Positions 40,026 through 53,568 of a stretch of 64,000 nucleotides of DNA are shown here, piece by piece. Position 1 is the first letter of the stretch. The number at the start of each line of letters is the position of its first letter. The notes beneath the pieces are model-generated. The model saw only the letters and a list, made by a program, of their open reading frames with translations, did not search any database and was not told where the DNA came from. Position numbers and translations under genes: made by a program. Origin of the DNA: Felis catus (lineage: Eukaryota); the NCBI RefSeq assembly GCF_018350175.1, contig NC_058368.1, forward strand, positions 86,926,001 through 86,990,000. Direction: 5' to 3'.

Positions 40026-42537
40026 AAAAATACACTTGAGGAAATCAATAACAGGCTAGAGGAAACACAGGCATTAATTAAGGACCTGGAAGACAGAGTA
40101 GTGGAAAGTAAACCATATAAGAAAATGAGAAAAAAAATATGCAAATTGAAATTAGTCCTAAGGAACTCAGTGACTCTATCAAGCATAATAACATTCACCT
40201 TATAGGAATCCAAAAAGAAGGGAGAGGAAAGAGGGCAAAAAAAAAAAAATTAAAGAAATAATAGCTGAAAGCTTCCTTACTCTAAATAAACAGGTGCCAG
40301 ATCCAGAAGGCACATAGATTTCCCAAAAAGATATTCCACCCAAAGATGTCCACACCAAGACCCATAGTAATTAAAATGGCACAAAAATTAATAAAGAAAA
40401 AACTTAAAAGCAATAAGAGTAAAGAAGACAGTTACATACAAGGGAAAGCCCATAAAGCTATCACCAAATGTTTCAGGAGAAACTTTGCAGGCCAGAAGGA
40501 AGGAGTATGATATATTCAAACTGCTGAAAGGGAAAACTGTGCAACAAAGAATACACTATGCAATAAGACTCTCATTTGTAATAGGAGAGATGAAGAGTTT
40601 CTCAGATAAATAAAAACTAAAGGGGTTCATGACCACTAAACCAGCCCTACAAGAAATATTAAAGGAGAGTCTTTGAATGAAAAGGAAAGACCATAAATTA
40701 GGGTATGGAATGTAAAAAAAAACACAAAAGCAGTCAAAATAGGTATTTCTGTAAAAATAAGTCAAGGGATTAAAAAATAAAGGATGTAAAATATGACACC
40801 ATATATTTCAAACATGGGAGTGCAGAGGAGAAAAGAATGGACACAACTTAAGTGACCATCAACTTCGTATAAACTGCTATGGGCAGAAGCTGCTATATAG
40901 AAACCTAATGACAACCACAAATCAAAAACCAGTAATAAATATGCAAAGAACAAAGAGAAAGGAATGCAAGCACATCAGTAATAAAAGCCAACAAACCATG
41001 AAAGAGAACAAGAGAAGTACAAATCAGACAAAAATACAAAAACTACAAAAAACAATCCAAAACAAGTAACAAAATGGAAATAAATACATATCTATTGATA
41101 ATTACTTTGAATGTAAATGGACTAAATATTCCAAAGACGTAGAGTCACACAATGGACATAAGAAAGCAAAACCCATCTATATGCTGCCCAGAAGAGACTC
41201 ATTTCAGATATAAAGACACATGCTGACTGAAAGTGAAGGGATGGAGAAACCTTATCATACAAATGGATGTCCAAAAAAAAATGCAGGGTAGCAATGTTTA
41301 TATCAGAAACAAATGAATTTTAAAACAAAAACTGTAACAAGAGCCAAAGAAGAACAAAATATAATAAAAAAGGGGACAATTTAAAAAGACAATATAACAA
41401 TTGTAAGTATTAATGTACCCTACATGGGAGCACACAAATACAAATAAAATTTAATAACAAGCATAAAGAAAATAATTGATAGTAATACAATAATAGTAGG
41501 GGACTTTAACACCACACTGACAGGTCATCTCAACAGAAAATTAACAAGGAAACAGTGGCTTTGAATAGCACAATGGAAAAGATGGATTTAACCTATATAT
41601 CCAGAATATCCCATCTTAAAACAGCAGAAAACGCATTCTTCAAAAATGTACCGGGAACATTCTCCAGAATAGATCACTTATTAGACCACAAAACAAGTCT
41701 CAACAAATTGAAGATCAAAGTCATACATACATCGTTTCTAACCACAATGCTAAGAAACTAGAAATCGACCACAAGAAAAAAATCTGGAAAGAACGCAAAC
41801 ACAGAGAGGTTAAATAACATTCTACTAAACAAAGAATGGGTCAACTAAGAAATCAAGAAGATATAAAAATTGCATGAAATGAATAAAAATGAAAAGACAA
41901 CAGTCTACAATCTTTGGGTTGCCCCAAACATGGTTCTAAGGGGGAAGTTTACACTGGCCTACCTTAAGATGCAAGAAAAATCTCAAAGAAACAAGCTAAC
42001 ACCACACCTAAAGGGCTAGAGAAAGAACAATAAAAAATGAAATCTAGCAGAAAGAAGAAAAAAAAGGAAAAAAAACAACAACAAAACCTAAAGCAAGAAG
42101 AAGTAGAAAATTTGAACAACCAATTACCAGCAATGAAATTGAATCATTAATCCAAAAATCTCCCAACAAACAAAAGTCCAGGAGAAGATGGCTCCACAGG
42201 TGAATTCTACCAAACACTTAAACAAGAGTTAATATCTATCATTCTGAAACTATTCCATGAAAAATAGAAGAAAAATAACTTCCAAATTCATTCCAAAAGG
42301 TTAGTATCACCCTGATACAAAAGCTGATAAAAACAAAACCAGAAAGGAAACTACAATCCCATAACTCAGATGCACAAAGATTCAAAACTCCTCAACAAAA
42401 TACTATCAAATTGAATTCAATGAATATAAAAAAAAATATTAGTCATGATCAAGGGGGATTTATTCCTGTGTTGCAAGAGTCATTCAATATTCACAAATCA
42501 ATCAATGTGATAGATCATATCAATAAAAGAAAGTATA

Positions 42538-42770
42538 GGGGCACCTGGGTGGCTCAGTTGGTTAAGCATCTGACTTCAGCTCAGGTCATGATCTCACAAT
42601 CCATTGATTTGAGCCCTGCATCTGGCTCTGTGCTGATACTTTGGATCCTGGAACCTGGAGCCTGCTTTGGATTCTATGTCTCACTCTCTCTCTGCCTCTC
42701 CCCTTCGTGCTCTGCCTCTCTCTCTCTCTCTCTCTCTGTAAAAAATAAATAAACATTATTTTTTTAAAAA
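42538..42770 (+). mobile_element. Can-SINE
   Basis: ggggcacctgggtggctcagttgg head, (CT)n and A-tail. Confidence 0.92.
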
Positions 42771-42896
42771 AAGGAGAACATATAAGAATCATAGATCATT
42801 TCAGTAGATACAGAAAAAGCATTTGACAAAGTATAAAATCTATTTATGATAAACAAAGTAGATTTAGAGAGAACATACCTCAACATAATAAAGGTC

Positions 42897-43097
42897 ATAT
42901 ATGTGTGTGTGTGTGTATGTGTATACATATATATGCGTGTGTGTGTGTATATATATAGGTATGTATCTATATATATATGTATCTATATATGTATACATAT
43001 ATACATATGTACACATATACATATATACATATGTATACATATATATATGTATCTATATATGTATACATATATAGATACATATATATAGATACATACC

Positions 43098-43147
<50 letters not shown>
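42897..43147. repeat. Compound (TG)/(TA)/(CA) microsatellite, about 250 bp
   Basis: Visible alternating purine-pyrimidine array. Confidence 0.95.
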
Positions 43148-43401
43148 AAACAAAGAAACAAAACATCATACTCAGCAGGAAAACCTGAAAGCTTTTCCTC
43201 TAAGGTTGAGAACAAGACAAGGATGTCCACTCTCACCATTTTTATTCAACATAATAATCAAGTTCTAGCCACAGCAAACAGAAAACAAAGAGAAATAAAA
43301 GGCATTCAAATTGTTAAAGAAGACATAAAATTTTCACTATTTTCAGATAACATAATATATATAGAAAACTTGGAAACTCTACCAAAAAATTGTTAGAACT
43401 T

Positions 43402-43605
43402 GGGTGCCTGGGTGGATCAGTCAGTTCAGCATCTGATTCTTGATTTTGGTTGAGGTCATTATCTCGCAGTTCATGAGTTTGCACCCCATATCGGGTTCTG
43501 CACTGACATCATTCAGCCTGCTTGGGATTCTCTCTCTCCCCTGCTAATGTGTTCTCTCTCTCTCTCTCTTTCTCTCTCTTTCACAAAGATAAAAATAAAC
43601 TTTAA
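43402..43605 (+). mobile_element. Can-SINE (older)
   Basis: TSD aaaaaattg[t/c]tagaact. Confidence 0.9.
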
Positions 43606-43783
43606 AAAAAATTGCTAGAACTGATACACAAATTCAGTCAAGTTATAATAGACAAAGTCAAAGTACAAAAATTCGTTGAATACTTATATGCTAATAATAA
43701 AGCAGCAGAATTCAAATTAATAAAACAACTCCATTTAAAATTTCACAAAAAAAGCAATAAACTAGGAATAAACTAAAAGAGGT

Positions 43784-44330
43784 GACAGGTATGAGGTGAT
43801 ATCTCATTGTAGTTTGATTTGTATTTCCCCAATGATGAGTGAATGAAAATCTTGACTATCTTATCATGTGTCTGTTGGTCATCTGTATGTTGTTGTTTTT
43901 TTGTTTTTTGTGTTTTTTTGGAAAATTGTTTATTTATATCTTCTTCCTATTGTTAGTTGGATTATTCCTTTTGGGGGGTGTTGAGTTTTATAAGTTCTTG
44001 ATATATATTGGATCCTAACCCTTTATCAAATATGTCATTTGCAAATATCCTCTCCGATTTTCAAGATTGCCTTTTAGTTTTGTTGCTTCCTTCACTGCAC
44101 AGAAACTTTTTATCTTGATGAAGTCCAGGTAGTTCAGTTGTATTGTTTCCCTTGCCTCCAAAGATGTGTCTACCAGCATATGTGGAATTGAATTAATGAA
44201 ACAAACAAACAAGGGGAAAGTTGATAAACAAAAAAACAGATTCATATATAGAGAACAAATAGAGGTTACAAGAGGGAGGTGGGTGGGAGGATTGGTGATA
44301 TAGGTGATGGATATTAAGAATACACTTCTC
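43784..44330. mobile_element. Inverted L1 ORF2 piece (-) followed by L1 3' UTR (+)
   Basis: 43784-44175 is antisense ORF2 C-terminus; 44176-44330 is sense 3' UTR. Confidence 0.75.
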
Positions 44331-44344
44331 TCTTTTCTTCAGGT

Positions 44345-44579
44345 GTTTTTTTTAATTTTTTTAAAAAATTTTTTTCAACGTTTATTTATTTTTGGGACAG
44401 AGAGAGACAGAGCATGAACGGGGGAGGGGCAGAGAGAGAGGGAGACACAGAATCGGAAACAGGCTCCAGGCTCCGAGCCATCAGCCCCAGAGCCTGACGC
44501 GGGGCTCGAACTCACGGACGGCGAGATCGTGACCTGGCTGAAGTCGGACGCTTAACCGACTGCGCCACCCAGGCGCCCC
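44345..44579 (-). mobile_element. Young Can-SINE (felid type)
   Basis: Many CpGs retained; ends ...accgactgcgccacccaggcgcccc. Confidence 0.95.
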
Positions 44580-44929
44580 AGTGATATTGTTAAAATGATA
44601 TGAAAAATGTAATTAAGAATAGAAGAATAAAATATATAGTACTATGAAAAACTTTAAATGTGTTTCATGTTTATTTTATTTGTGTCAAATATTGAAAGAA
44701 GCATGTATTGCATTGGCAAACATAGTTAAGAAACTGTACTTAACTATAAGGAGGGTTGGCACTGAATTCAAGGGATGTGTCAAAAGGAAACATAAATGGG
44801 GTCATAATAAAAACCTTTCTCTGCCAAATGTACAGAAATGCTTAATAAGAAAATGAACATATTTTTGAGAAAAAAAAACAAAACAATCTCTGTTAATTTT
44901 TTTTAAAGAGCTATTAATTGAAAGACTCA

Positions 44930-45365
44930 CTCTGTTATTTTGTTAAGTCAGGCACAACAACACACAGAATATGTTGTTTAAAAAAACAAACTTTATTTTC
45001 TCACATAACTGTAAGCTGTAAAAACAAACAGAAAAACAAACAAACAAACAAACCACCAGGCTTAGTTTATGGTGATGCCTCCTTCCTTTCTTGTAGATAC
45101 CTGTCTTCTTGTTCTGTCTTCAGATGGCTTCTCTCTGTCAGCAGAGAGTGTGAGAGAAACCTTGATGGTGTCTCTTACAGTCCTTATGAGGACACCAGAT
45201 CTATTAAATTAGGGTTACAAACTATAATATTATTTAACCTTTATTATCTCCTTAAAAGTCTTACCTCCAAATACACCACATTAATGGTTAGGACTAAATA
45301 CCGTCATATTAGACGTTAAGGCTTCAATATATGAAATTTGTGGGAACACAGTTCAGTCCATAAGG
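44930..45365 (-). mobile_element. MLT1-type MaLR solo LTR
   Basis: ...tccttatgaggacaccag...ctccaaatacaccacatt...ggcttcaatatatgaaatttgtgggaacacagttcagtccataa is the typical reverse complement of MLT1A/B. Confidence 0.82.
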
Positions 45366-45399
45366 CTTGCTATTATTTGATGACTGTTTCCCTCCAAAC

Positions 45400-48210
45400 T
45401 AATTAATAGTGTCATTGACATCCTACTAAAAATCCTGAGAGTGAAAATTGGCAATTTCTCTAAATACATATGGAAGTTCAAAACACTAAGAACAATGAAA
45501 GCATTCTTAAATAAATACAAAGTGAGAACAGTTATACCCATTTTATACTCTAATCTATGGCTTTATTATTTAAGATAGAAGGGGATTAGCACAGGAAAAA
45601 CATGCAAACAAATAAAAAAAAAAAAAACAACTAATACCTTTCCATTAAAATCACACTACTAAGAATGGTTTACATAACAGAAGTCGTCCTGCATTGCGAG
45701 GAGAGAATGATTGTCTACTCAATAAAATTTATTGAAAATAAGGATGTCTATATGAAAAAAAATATAGAATTTGCCCCCTCTGTATAGTCTCAAAAATCAA
45801 CTGCTTGTATAGACCTAAAAGTAAGAGACTGATGAACAAATAATTAAAAGAAAGCAAAACTTCTTTAAGATATCATATAGAAAATGTTACTTAAATAGAC
45901 AGAATGTTAAGTTAATTGCCTTTAAATAATGGCATTCTTGGGGCGCCTGGGTGGCTCAGTCGGTTAAGGGTCCGACTTCAGCTCAGGTCATGATTTCGCC
46001 GTCCGTGAGTTTGAGCCCCACGTCGGGCTCTGTGCTGACAACTCAGATCCTGGAGCTTGTTTCTGATTCTGTGTCTCCCTCTCTCTCTGACCCTCCCATG
46101 TTCACGCTCTGTCTCTCTCTGTCTTAAAAATAAATAAACGTTAAAAAAAATAAAAAAAAATAATGGCATTCTTCCAAAACTTTGTCAAGGGTAGGAAGAC
46201 AAGTTTGGGTGTAGAGTAAAAAATTTGCAACACATAACTGAAAAGTGACTTGTACACAGACTATATGAAGACTACTTAAAGTCCATAAAGATTAAAAAAT
46301 TCAGTAGAGTAAGTAGTTTAAAAATTAAAGACCTTAAGTTTCTGCTCTAATTTTCATTCCTATTCTTACAGTAAGAAAAAGCAATACAATCTGAAAATGA
46401 ACAACTTGTTGTATCCATTAACGAAACAAAGTCACAGGGGAAATGGGCATCTGGGGTGATAGGAGAACCCAGAGAATGAGAGCTGAAATCTGCTTCCCCA
46501 CAGCAGGAGCTGATGGAGACATAAACTTGATAGCAACAGCTCAGGTAGTGTTAATTAATACCTGGAGGTTGACTGTGAAAGAGACAGCCACCTGCATGTC
46601 ACAGTCTTAATTGTGGGACCCCAACATTTTCACCTTTGCCATCAAGAATCCCACAAGTGTTCACAGTGAAGAGCATAGAGAAATTTAAAATATATAGCAA
46701 GAATAATTTATATAGTAAGAAATGAGATAAAGTATGCAAAATGCTCAATGAAAACTAGAGAAAACAGGAAAAGCAGACAAAAATAAATTAGCAGTAAATG
46801 CAATAAAAGGATAACAATCCCAACCTGTGCACCTACATCAGTGTGTCAAAATATATGTGGAAAAACTGTAAAAAAAATAGATAAAACCCATTAACATATT
46901 TCAGTACCTGATACATCAACGATGCAGAAAATTAATAAGAATAGCTTTGGCCTAAAAAATACTATCAATCAGCTGGATCTAATTGACCAATCAAAGACAT
47001 AGACATAATGCACTTTATTGTCAATTTACACAGAACACTCACCAAATAAACCATATTATGAACCATAAACCACACTTTAACAAATTTACAATGATAGAAA
47101 CAGTGTAAGAATAGCCCAGAACACAATGGAATTACTAAACAATGCTGGTGAAAGAACTGGGAAATTATCTCCAATTTTTTTTTAACAAACAACAAAGTAC
47201 TAAATAAAACATACACTGGTGAAATTGTCCCTAAGATACATTTAGAAACGTATTAAACAAAATACAAATTGAAATTCAAATAAAATTTATGGAGTGCAGT
47301 AAAGCCCTGCTCACCAACAATTTTATGTAACAAAATTCAAACATACCTAACTTTTCACTGTAGGAAAGCAATTTATTCCAAAGTTCACAGAAGAAAATAA
47401 GTGACATATATTAAGCATAAATCAATGCAGCTGAACACTGGAAAGTAAGGGGGAAGATCAATAAAACATAACAATGACTCTTTCATAAAATTAGTACATA
47501 TCTAGTCAGGCTTTCCAAGAAAAGAAGACAACAGACACAAATTGCTAATATCAGAAATGAGAAGGGAGCCATACTAACTTTTCCTATGGACATTAAAAGC
47601 ATAATAATGGGACACATTGGGCAATACTTTCCTTGAAAGGCATAAACTCAAAACTCACACAAGGAGAGAGTCTGAATAGGTTTATTACAATTTAAAACTT
47701 GAATTAAGAAATAATAATTTTGCAGCAACCAAACAAAAACAGCAGGTCCAAAATGTTTAAATAATGAATTCTACCATATATTTAAATAAGACATGAAAAT
47801 ATAAATAAATAAATAAATAATAAATAAGATATGAAATGATAACTGTCCTCCACAAGCTCTATCAGAAAAGAGAAACATAGAGAACATTCGTAACTTATTC
47901 TATGAAACAAGTGTTACTATAAAACCAAAACCAGATAAAGATAATTTTGGAAAAGGAGAATTATGGACACGTATTCCTCATGAGCATGAATGCAAATATC
48001 TCCAAAAATTTTAGCAAATGTAATTCAACCATGCTTGTAAATAATTATATACCAATATCTAGTGAGATTTATTTTAGGGTTTCAAGGATGGTTCAGCATT
48101 AAAATCCAATTAATCATATAGACAAGCTAAGGAAGGAAATTTATATGATTCTATGAACTGATGAAGAAAAAGCACTGGACAAAATTCAATATTTAATTTT
48201 GATGAAAACG
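45400..48210 (+). mobile_element. Ancient, highly degraded L1M fragments
   Basis: Scattered ORF2 motifs (aaaaccagataaag...gcatgaatgcaaatatc; gatgaagaaaaagcactggacaaaattcaa). Confidence 0.65.
45940..46157 (+). mobile_element. Can-SINE
   Basis: TSD aaataatggcattctt at 45924-45939 and 46158-46173. Confidence 0.95.
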
Positions 48211-48578
48211 CCTATGTGCCTAATTTGATCCTAAAAAAAAATCAGTGATGGTAAAATTAATATTGTCAAAAGAAAAATATAAATACAAAAATGGTAAAAT
48301 CTGACACGGATAAACTAGCTGACAAATAAGGTTGTGTGAAAAATTAAATAGAAAAGATGAATACCTTTGAAAGCACACTACAGAAAACTAAAATTAAAAC
48401 ATCATACAAAAATTATATGACTTGTAAAACTATTTTTAGTGGTCTAAATCTCTTTACTCCAAAATATTTTCTTGAAAAATAGTGATGAAGCAATCATCAT
48501 TAATAATAGCATTCCAATTGTAAATGTGGTTTCAGTAGTTGTTTTGAAATTCCATTGAGCTAAATAAGATCATAGTCT

Positions 48579-48807
48579 GGGCGCCTGGGTGGCTCAGTCG
48601 GTTAAGTGTCTGACTTCAGCTCAGGTCATGATCTCGCAGTTTGTGAGCTCGAGCTCCGCGTTGGGCTCTGTGCTGACAACTCAGAGACTGGAGCCTGCTT
48701 CGGAGTCTGTGTCTCCCCCTCTCTCTTCCCCGTCCCTGCTCATGCTCTGTGTCTCTCTGTCTCTCAATAGTAAATAAATGTTAAAAAAAAATAAAAATAA
48801 AAATAAA
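48579..48807 (+). mobile_element. Can-SINE
   Basis: Canonical head; TSD-like aagatcatag on both sides. Confidence 0.93.
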
Positions 48808-49163
48808 AAGATCATAGCGAAAAAAAAAAGAATGAATTGTCACTTTCAACATGAGAGATTAAAAATAGAAAATTGAAAGAGTAAAATGGTTTGCTTATAA
48901 TTTCAATGACTTAAATATTAAAATTCATGTTCAGAGGCCAATCAAGTAAGAGAAAAGATCCAAACAAGGTGTTTACCACTTTATTTCTTCTATCTATTAA
49001 AAACAGGTAATGTCTCAGATGGATGTGCCATAACATTGAGATAAGGCCTATAGAAAAATCTCAATTGTATTTTATAAAGGTGCCTAAAATGAAGGTAATT
49101 TTGTCACTGAGTCTGTTTATATTAGGTCATGTGCAAATAATACGTTTAATAAAATGAGTTCTC

Positions 49164-49540
49164 ACTTAGCATAACACTCTCCAGTTCCATCCATGTTGCT
49201 ACAAAAGGCCATGTTTCATTCTTTCTCATTGCCAAGTAGTATCCCATTGTGTATATAAACCAGTTATGCTACGTGAAATAAGTCATACAGAGAAAGACAG
49301 ATACCATATGCTTTCATACTTATGTGGATCCTGAGAAACTTAACAGAAGACCATGGAGGCGGGGAGGGGAAAAAAAAGTTAGAGAGGGAGGGAGGCAAAC
49401 CATAAGAGACTCTTAAAAACTGAGAATAAACTGAGGGTTGATGGGGGGTGGGTGATGGGTATTGAGGAGGGCACCTGTTGGGATGAGCAATGGGTGTTGT
49501 ATGGAAACCAATTTGACAATAAATTTCATATTAAAAAATA
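49164..49540. mobile_element. 5'-inverted (twin-primed) young L1
   Basis: Antisense to about 49262, sense from 49263; TSD aataaaatga[g/a]ttctc at 49148-49163 and 49541-49556. Confidence 0.92.
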
Positions 49541-49839
49541 AATAAAATGAATTCTCTTCACAAAATCACTTTATGTTCCTACCACACTTAAGCACCTTGA
49601 TCTGTGTTCATTGCAAAATAATTTCCTATTTTTTCCTTAGAAAACATGCATTTAAATATTTTAATATAATTAATAAAATAATGTTGAAGAGACAAACTGA
49701 ATTTGAGGTTTCAGATCTATTCTTCATAAATGTAAAAGCAATTCAAAATCTTTATTTCCATTATAGTCAACAATTTAGCTTATAAGTTGGCATCACCTGC
49801 ATTGTTTATAACTATCGATTTTAAATAAAACACACCAAA

Positions 49840-50260
49840 TTTCATTTATTAGACAAGTGTTTGTTAAGCATCTGGATTTTTCCAGGTATTGTTCTAAGAG
49901 AATTTGGTGGAGCTTGTTTACAGTTTAAATGACACGAGAGCCAAAACCTATAGTGGAAAGGCAGATTATATAATATGGTCAACATTAAAATGGGCTCCAG
50001 AAAATAAAGGCATATTAAGAGGGAGGAGCAGTCTGACAGTCAAGGTGGGGATCTGGTAGGTTTCTTGAGAAGGTTACTTTGAAGCAAAACTTGAGGACAG
50101 TGGGAGTGCACAGCACATACCTGTAAGTGACAGGAAGGTTACTGGTGGCAAGTGCCAAGAACAAGGTCCACAACCCAGAGGACAGGACCTGCGGGTTTGA
50201 GGACCTGCAATGGTGCCATTAGAATTTTAATAAAGGAGGACTTGTAGGAGGGGTGTGAGT
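49840..50260 (-). mobile_element. L2 3' fragment
   Basis: ttcatttattagacaagtgtttgttaagcatc...ccaggtattgttctaag...gagaaggttactttgaagc resembles the antisense L2 3' end. Confidence 0.7.
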
Positions 50261-50907
50261 CTACTTTAAAGTCACTTGGCTCGCATTTTATAATAAAGTC
50301 ATTCATGGCATTTCATGACATGATTGATGAAAAGGGCAACTGAAACAGTTATTATAATTTCATAATCGTATCCTTTTAAAATAAAAAGACAATCTCCAAA
50401 AACCTCTCCAGTTGAGAGGGAAGAAGTACAGAGTAAATTATGTGTGTACCCCTGATTGTTATCAGAAACTTTTTCTGTTATTTTAACTGTGGATTATTTT
50501 TCCCTTCTTGTATCATATACTCATTAATATCTTTTGGGGGGATCTTTCATATTCAATGCTTAAGAATTTTTTACATTATTTTCACACAAGTATTTTAACT
50601 CTTACCACATCTCCATAATATATGCATTAGTCTCTTCCACTGGCAAGAAAATATAAATTAAAATTTTAAGTTACTCTACCATATTCAACAGAGTTACATT
50701 AATCAATTGTAGGATGCTAATCCAAAACTTAATTTTCTTCTCATTACATTCCATTTTATTAGTGTACTTATGATCTAATTATAATTGTATTTCAACAATC
50801 TGATGCACCAAGATGGTAGTGTCTTCCAGTATATTGATATGCATGTTTATAGAAGAATAGGTGTATATAGAAGCATACATCTATATGTGTATATATCCAT
50901 ATATACA

Positions 50908-51239
50908 TGTGGTAGAGTCCCCTCCCTAAGCAATGTGGAAAAAACAAAACAAAACAAAACATCAAGACAAGGGAAGGCAACCTGGCTATAAGCTTATGTG
51001 ATGTCCCCCATGACCCTGTAACATAAAACCACCTAATCAGACCACATATCTGTGGGCTACCGTTTGTGGGAGACAAGTAAAAAAAAAACAATTATAAAAG
51101 ACTACACTTCATTGCACTTCGGGCTCAGTTTTTTTCAGGTATGAACCCAACTGAGCCTGTGCTGGCATAAATAAAGTTGCTTCCAGGAAAGAAAAGCCTC
51201 ACTGTCATGACTCTCTGTGTGAACCTCGGTCATGTTACA
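50908..51239 (+). mobile_element. 5' LTR of class I ERV
   Basis: TG...CA ends, TATAAAA at 51093-51099, AATAAA at 51170-51175; followed by leader and gag. 5' boundary approximate. Confidence 0.75.
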
Positions 51240-51809
51240 TTTCTTAGGATTTGGAGACAGTGCGTTTCCACATCCTTTGCCTCCAGGGTATGAACCTCAG
51301 AGCGCTCAGAGAAGCGACCCCACCTGGCACCAGTGGACCTCTGGATCAGTAGGAGACTAGCTCCCCCCACCCCTCCAGGTGCACCAGGGCAAGGGCCCTG
51401 TGTGCACAAGGAAACTGAGGCCCAGGAACCAGCATAGGGAGCACCTCCCAAGACTGGTAAAAACCTGGGTTTGTTTTGGTAGACCTGCACCTAAGTGGCA
51501 GAAGGGGAGCCTGATTACTTCCCAGAGTTTCCCTAGTCGGTCCACAAGGGATAAGGAATGAAGCCACCACTCTTAGGCACTGGGCATGGGTGGTGGGTTG
51601 GAGTCAGGTGTGACTGTGTGTGAATGAGACTGACAAGGGAGAGGATCTGACCTGACCAAGGGCTGAAGACAATGTTGAGTCCCGATCTGCAGTTCTGTGG
51701 TGACCTCATATAGCTTAAGGTGGCGTCAGACTTCCTAGGGAGTCTGATCTGGGTCAGGGATTAAAAGTAAACATGCCAATGCTAAGAGGCACCTGAAGTA
51801 TCTCCCAGA

Positions 51810-53568
51810 GAAAAGGAGCCAGAAAGCAGAGCAAGAGAACTCCCCTAGAGTGTATGTTGAGGCATTTCAAAACCAGATATTCAGGAGATTAGGGTGGAAA
51901 ATTAACTCCCGGAAAACTCCAGACATTCTGTGAAATTGGCCATTGTTTGGGGTGGGCTGGCCCTCCAAGGGCTCACTTGATAAAAAAGCAGTTAGCTGAG
52001 TGTTCAGAGTCATTGTGGGTGATACAGGCCACCCTGACCAATTTGCTTGCATTGACTCTTGGCAAGATCTGGTCCTATCCCGGCCACCTTGGCTAAAAGT
52101 CTGTATTGAAGAGAGCTGTGAAGGTAGGATGGCTTGTGTCACAGCTTCCCCCAAATACCAGCCAGAAACTGAAAAACCCATACTGTCGGGAGAGCCTGAG
52201 GAAACCCCACCAACATATGCCCCACTGTATCCCTCACTGCCACTTGTGCCACCCACCATAGCTGCTGAAACCACATCGGAGCCTGCCCTTAGTCCCGAGG
52301 CCTCACCACCTCTAGCACCACAAGCCTCTCAGAATGTGACTGGCTTCCCTGGATCACCCATCCTAACCCTGTAAACCCCTCTGGGAAAGCGACGAGAAAA
52401 TCAGGCCAGTGGAGACAGTCCTCTCCCTGCAGCAACACTGGGAAGCCTTACAGATGCCATTGAGGGAGACTAGGGGACCCGTCTATTATGATCAGGAAGG
52501 CCAGATCTGAGGAGGCCAGTGTGTTTTTCTGTACCAACCCTTTACCACTACAGACCTCCTAAACTGGAGGCACCATTACTCCCTCCTATAGAGAGAAGCC
52601 CCAGGCTATGATTGAACTAATGCCATCCGTGATTCAACCCATAAACCTACCTGAATGGACTGACGCCAACTCTTTCTGACCCCCTTCAATATGTAGCTGC
52701 TGAACTACTCAGGTGACCCTAAAATGGTTGCAGGAGAATACACAGCTGTGATGCTAGACACCCAGGCTTACACTCAGGCTCACTTCCCTGGGGAGGACCC
52801 CAATTGGGACCCAAATGACTCAGTAGTAGATCGAGGGTTTGTGAGACCTGAACGGTATCGAGAAGCCCTTCTAAATGGCAGGAAGGAAGGCGGTGGGGGG
52901 GGGGGGGAGGGCTATAAATGAGAGTAAAACATCAGAAGTGTTCCAGGCACCTGAGGAAAGCCCGAGCCTATTCTATGAGAGACTGTGAGGTATTTTGTCC
53001 CTACACCCCTTTTGATCCAGAGGCACCTGTAAACTGGCGTATGGTTAATGCAGCTTTCATAGGTCAGGCCCAGGGAACATCTGGTGCAAGCTGCAAATCT
53101 AGAGGGTTTTGCTAACATGAATGCCAGTCAGCTGCTGGAAGTAGCAACCCAGGTGTTTTTCAACCGTGACAAGGTGGCACAGAGGGAAGAAGGCTGGAAG
53201 ATGCAAAAAAAAAAAAAAAAAAAAAAAAAGCAGACTTGTTAGCTGCTGCCTTGGTGGTATGATTGGTTGGAATGCTCCTGGAAAGGTAACCTGCAGAGAT
53301 AGGGACAGGGCCAAAAAGTGGAACAGCAGGGAGGAAGGTCCCACCCAGGACCAAAGTTAGGATGCAGAGCCAGTGTGCTTACTGTTGCCAGGAGGGCCAC
53401 TGGAAAAATGAGTGCCCCCAGTGGCTGGATAATTCTCAGCAAAGCCCCAAACAGAAAGAAAGAGACTATATGATCCAGGGATGTTACCAACCAGCCCCAG
53501 AGACTCATGGGGTCCCTAAAGATGATTTTGTGGGGCTAGCCACCTGGGACAACTATGAGGAGGACTAA
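51810..53568 (+). pseudogene. gag: Class I ERV gag (HERV-E/ERV3-like)
   Basis: TPLECMLRHFK...TPGKLQTFCEI..GVGWPSKGSLD..GHPDQF (MA); PPTY late-domain-like; YQPFTTTDLLNW and DPNWDPN (CA); CAYCCQEGHWKNEC (NC). Confidence 0.92.

Larger units (their letters stand above)
38572..43783 (+). mobile_element. Older near-full-length L1 (5' UTR, ORF1 from about 39416, long spacer, ORF2 from about 41074) with nested inserts
   Basis: ORF1 end ccactaaaccagccctacaagaaatattaaag; ORF2 start ttactttgaatgtaaatggactaaat; internal deletion near 42060-42090. Confidence 0.85.

Noticed and set aside
42846..43396. ORFs rich in Y/I/H/T/C/V (also 643-918, 1503-1841, 23837-24191)
   Set aside because: Translations of dinucleotide microsatellites.
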